64,000 nucleotides of DNA, from the NCBI RefSeq assembly GCF_001194135.2, contig NC_068998.1, positions 17,117,616 through 17,181,615 of the forward strand. The letters run 5' to 3'. The DNA comes from Octopus bimaculoides (taxonomy: Eukaryota). The notes beneath the pieces are model-generated. The model saw only the letters and a list, made by a program, of their open reading frames with translations, did no database searches and was not told where the DNA came from. Of the stretch, positions 60,865 through 64,000 are shown piece by piece. The number at the start of each line of letters is the position of its first letter. Position 1 is the first letter of the stretch. A program made the translations under genes and the position numbers.

Positions 60865-61320
60865 TTCCTCATCTTGTCAGCTGTCTTACATTTAGCCTGA
60901 TTGTTCCGATTTACTTTCATCCTTGATTGTTTACAGATATGACTTTTCAGGCCTGCTAATGTCTTCACACATCAACACGCATCCGTTGTCATAAGACTTT
61001 ATAAAATACAAAACAGACCAAGAAATGAAATGGATAGTGAGACATTCTGTACATAACTGGATTTAATTAACAAAAGCTTGTTCAACACATCTGAAATTCT
61101 TTTGGTTGCTATAGTAGTTTCCAGTGACAAGCATTGCAAGATGACTAGCACTATTTTGACTGCAAGTTTTATGTAAGAATATCTTTCCCCTAGAAGAGCT
61201 GCCTTCACCATAGCATTGTCAAAAATAACAGGTACCTCATCTAGCCAGTCCATGAATTATATGCTCATGGCTTGTAAAACTATGAGCTGGCATGCCTAGA
61301 AATTGCATACTTAAGAGAAA
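60865..61320 (-). pseudogene. RTE-type LINE 3' remnant
   Basis: Minus-strand VKAALLGE and CVKTLAGLKSH (terminal CxxxAGLxSH-like motif). Confidence 0.45.
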
Positions 61321-61817
61321 ATTTACATATGAAGTGAAAGTGGACTGGCTAGGTGACTTGTCTTCAACCCTGATGGATATGTGATGTTGACAAGCCATAA
61401 AAATGGTGAAATATTGTTCCCAAATGGGATTGAAGGTGAGTTACCTCACCTTCCTATGACTCTGAGGTGTTTTAACACTCAGTGCTTTGAAAGTGTTTAT
61501 ACGCCACAATGTTATTGCAGCAACCGGAAAACTCATGATGCATATCTGTTAAGTATATGTGGTTAATACTATTTATTTATTGTACTAGAACTGCTTTTAC
61601 TTCATATGTAAATATAGCATAAAGTGGACAGCTCACAGGTCAAACAAATGAAAAATGTGAAGTAAAAAGCAGGTGGATCCTCTTCTGATTTCTATGATGT
61701 GTGTTTTGATTATTTGATTAACTAGACTATCTACTCATTTTATTAGCATGTAAATGTCCGAGTATTCCGCAGACACTTGTATCTTTCAAGTAATTCATAA
61801 ACAATATCACCATAACA

Positions 61818-62045
61818 TCATCATTCATCATCTAACGTCCACTTTTCCATGCTTGTATGTGTTGGATGGAGGCAGATTTTCAACAACCAGACACCCTTCC
61901 TATTAACAACCCTTATTTGTCTCCAATCAAGATAATATCTCCCCATGCCAGACATGTTTTTGCAGACTATTGGATATGAACGACACAGCTTGTTTAACAG
62001 TGACATTCATTTACAACTATCATGCAATGTCAAGACAAGGAGACA
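61818..62045 (-). mobile_element. Older SINE C-related repeat
   Basis: (CAT)n tail; aligns with 38425-38615. Confidence 0.6.
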
Positions 62046-62069
62046 CAAAATACTCACACACGTACATAC

Positions 62070-62690
62070 AGGGTGTAGTGAATATACTGTTATCTAAATT
62101 ACACAAAAATGAAAATAACACTGGCATTTCATTTTAACAGATATATTAACTAAAGTTACATAAAAATATCTTGAAATACTAAGGAGTAAATTTATTCAAT
62201 AAAATCGTCATTGGCTTCAACCATGGCCCCAGATGACTTCGGAATCTCCTGCAACCCTTCTGGAAGGTCTCCTTGTTTAAGTTGGTGAATGCTGCCATAA
62301 TTCTTGGCTTTCACTTCATCTTTGGTGTTACAAGGAGTTTTGTTGATCATCTGTGTCCCACACAATAATCAAGGAGGTTGCAGTCTGAGGAGTTAGGTGG
62401 CCAGATGTTAGGGGTAACGTGGTTGCAGAAATTGTCTGACAGTCATGCAGATTTGTATGCTTTGTTTCATGTATGTCTTCCCATCTATACACTTGCATAT
62501 CTAAACATGTTCATATATACTTAAATGATAAACTCCTGGAAAGTTTTACAGATTTTTACAGTTCCACTGATGGCTTAGATCTGTAGTCTTCAAATCAGCT
62601 TTCTCCTTTCTTATTTTGAGAAGTCTAATTTCTCAAGATTGGTATTTAGACAGTGTATTACATATTCCAGTGCCCCAATATGTATGTATG
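62070..62690 (-). pseudogene. Tc1/mariner-superfamily (maT/rosa-like) transposase C-terminal remnant
   Basis: Minus-strand NHVTPNIWPPNSSDCNLLDY..IMAAFTNLNKET..CRRFRS. Confidence 0.7.
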
Positions 62691-62699
62691 TATGTATGC

Positions 62700-62746
<47 letters not shown>

Positions 62747-63820
62747 TTTATTTCAGTTTTCATCTACCAGATTCGTCCACAAGGCTGACAAGGTAAGCTG
62801 CTTTGCATTATAGGTATAGATCATCCAATGAAGTTCCATAGTTTCTATTCAATAAGGCTTTAGTTGATTCATGACTAGGTAGAAGATACTTGCCCAAGAT
62901 ATTTACTGTACACTGGAATCCAACCTGTGTATAGAGAATTTCTTACCTATTTGCCAATGTCTGTGAAGAATAGAATTCTCAGCACATGAATTGGAGTTGA
63001 GACTAGAAAAAAAAAAAGCAGTTTTTGGTTTCTCATAACTCATACTGCTGTAGAAAAGACATGTAAATGTTGATAACAATGAGAAAGATCATAGGAAATA
63101 GAAAAGTACTGCGAGGCTTCTGAGAAATTACTAGTTCTTCCTGTCTTCAAAGCAGAATACTGTGATGGAAAAAAGAAAGATTCTTACTGAAGCTATTAAT
63201 CTCGTTGCAGTTTACCAAAGTTCTTTTTCCAACCAAACTGATAAAATAACTTATTCAAGAAATGCTTCTCAGTTTGGAATTTCTCTTACTGGTTTTCTAA
63301 GAAAACACACACACTCACACATACACACATTCACATGCACACATGGACACATATTCATACACATGCACACACACACACATGCATGCATACACACAAGAAC
63401 ACAAACACACACACACAAACATACTCACAACACACACACATAAATAAAAAAGCTGGCTTATAAAAAAGTATGTGTGTATGTTAAATAAAAATCCAGTAAA
63501 TAGATTCTCAGTCAGGTTCAGCAACAGCCATTCAGTTGTTTGATGGAACTAAATAACCTGTTCATTGAATTAGTGCATAAGTGGTTGAGTATTCCAACGA
63601 CATGGGAACCCCTAAACATAATCTTTGGCTAGAATCAATGTGACAAAAGACGTGACAAGGTCAGGTCTTTGAATTACAGGTATAATACACTTGATATTAT
63701 GCACCCCCCCCAAAAAAAAAATGATGAAATATGGTATTTGGTGCAACAGACTCTCCTGACTCTCTTCTATACAAATGCCTTTCATTGTAATGTTATCAAT
63801 GTAGACCATCTATAACATTA

Positions 63821-63860
<40 letters not shown>

Positions 63861-64000
63861 ATAGATGAATGGATGGATGGATGGATGGATGGATGGATAG
63901 ATAGATGGATAGATAGATACATTTCTTTTATTAGCCACACAGAGCTCAACGAAGATGAGACAAATACAATGTAGAGCTTTTCTTTTTGGGAGGGGGAAGG

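Noticed and set aside
61432-61453. 9-bp hairpin covering AAG|GTGAGT
   Set aside because: It is short enough to arise by chance, and no valid upstream acceptor gives an open exon.

Overview
AT-rich, repeat-dominated animal genomic DNA from a gapped draft assembly, with many N-runs that mostly sit inside microsatellites. The SINE repertoire and microsatellite load look like an octopus/coleoid cephalopod genome; this is inference from recognised repeat motifs, not a search. No intact protein-coding gene can be supported: the long ORFs in the track are microsatellite or N-gap artefacts, or decayed transposon fragments. Recognisable content: (1) at least four tRNA-derived SINE families, labelled A-D here, in dozens of copies; (2) decayed LINE fragments (RTE, R4/Dong-like RT, CR1-like 3' end, APE domain, CRE-like restriction-type endonuclease); (3) a Penelope-like RT remnant and a separate type I hammerhead ribozyme motif; (4) four mariner remnants, one with both TIRs, plus one Tc1/maT-like remnant; (5) a full-length decayed CMC/Chapaev3-like transposon with TIRs and TAA TSD, next to a non-autonomous relative; (6) piggyBac-type and other MITEs. 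A CpG-rich promoter/first-exon candidate lies at about 37.7-37.9 kb on the minus strand. The most unusual observations are a tRNA-like Pol III cassette inside 70-bp inverted repeats (two copies), TIR elements carrying telomeric TTAGGG repeats (one as a back-to-back palindrome), and several near-perfect fold-back hairpins, one apparently created in situ inside a dead LINE. Coordinates of decayed repeats are approximate.
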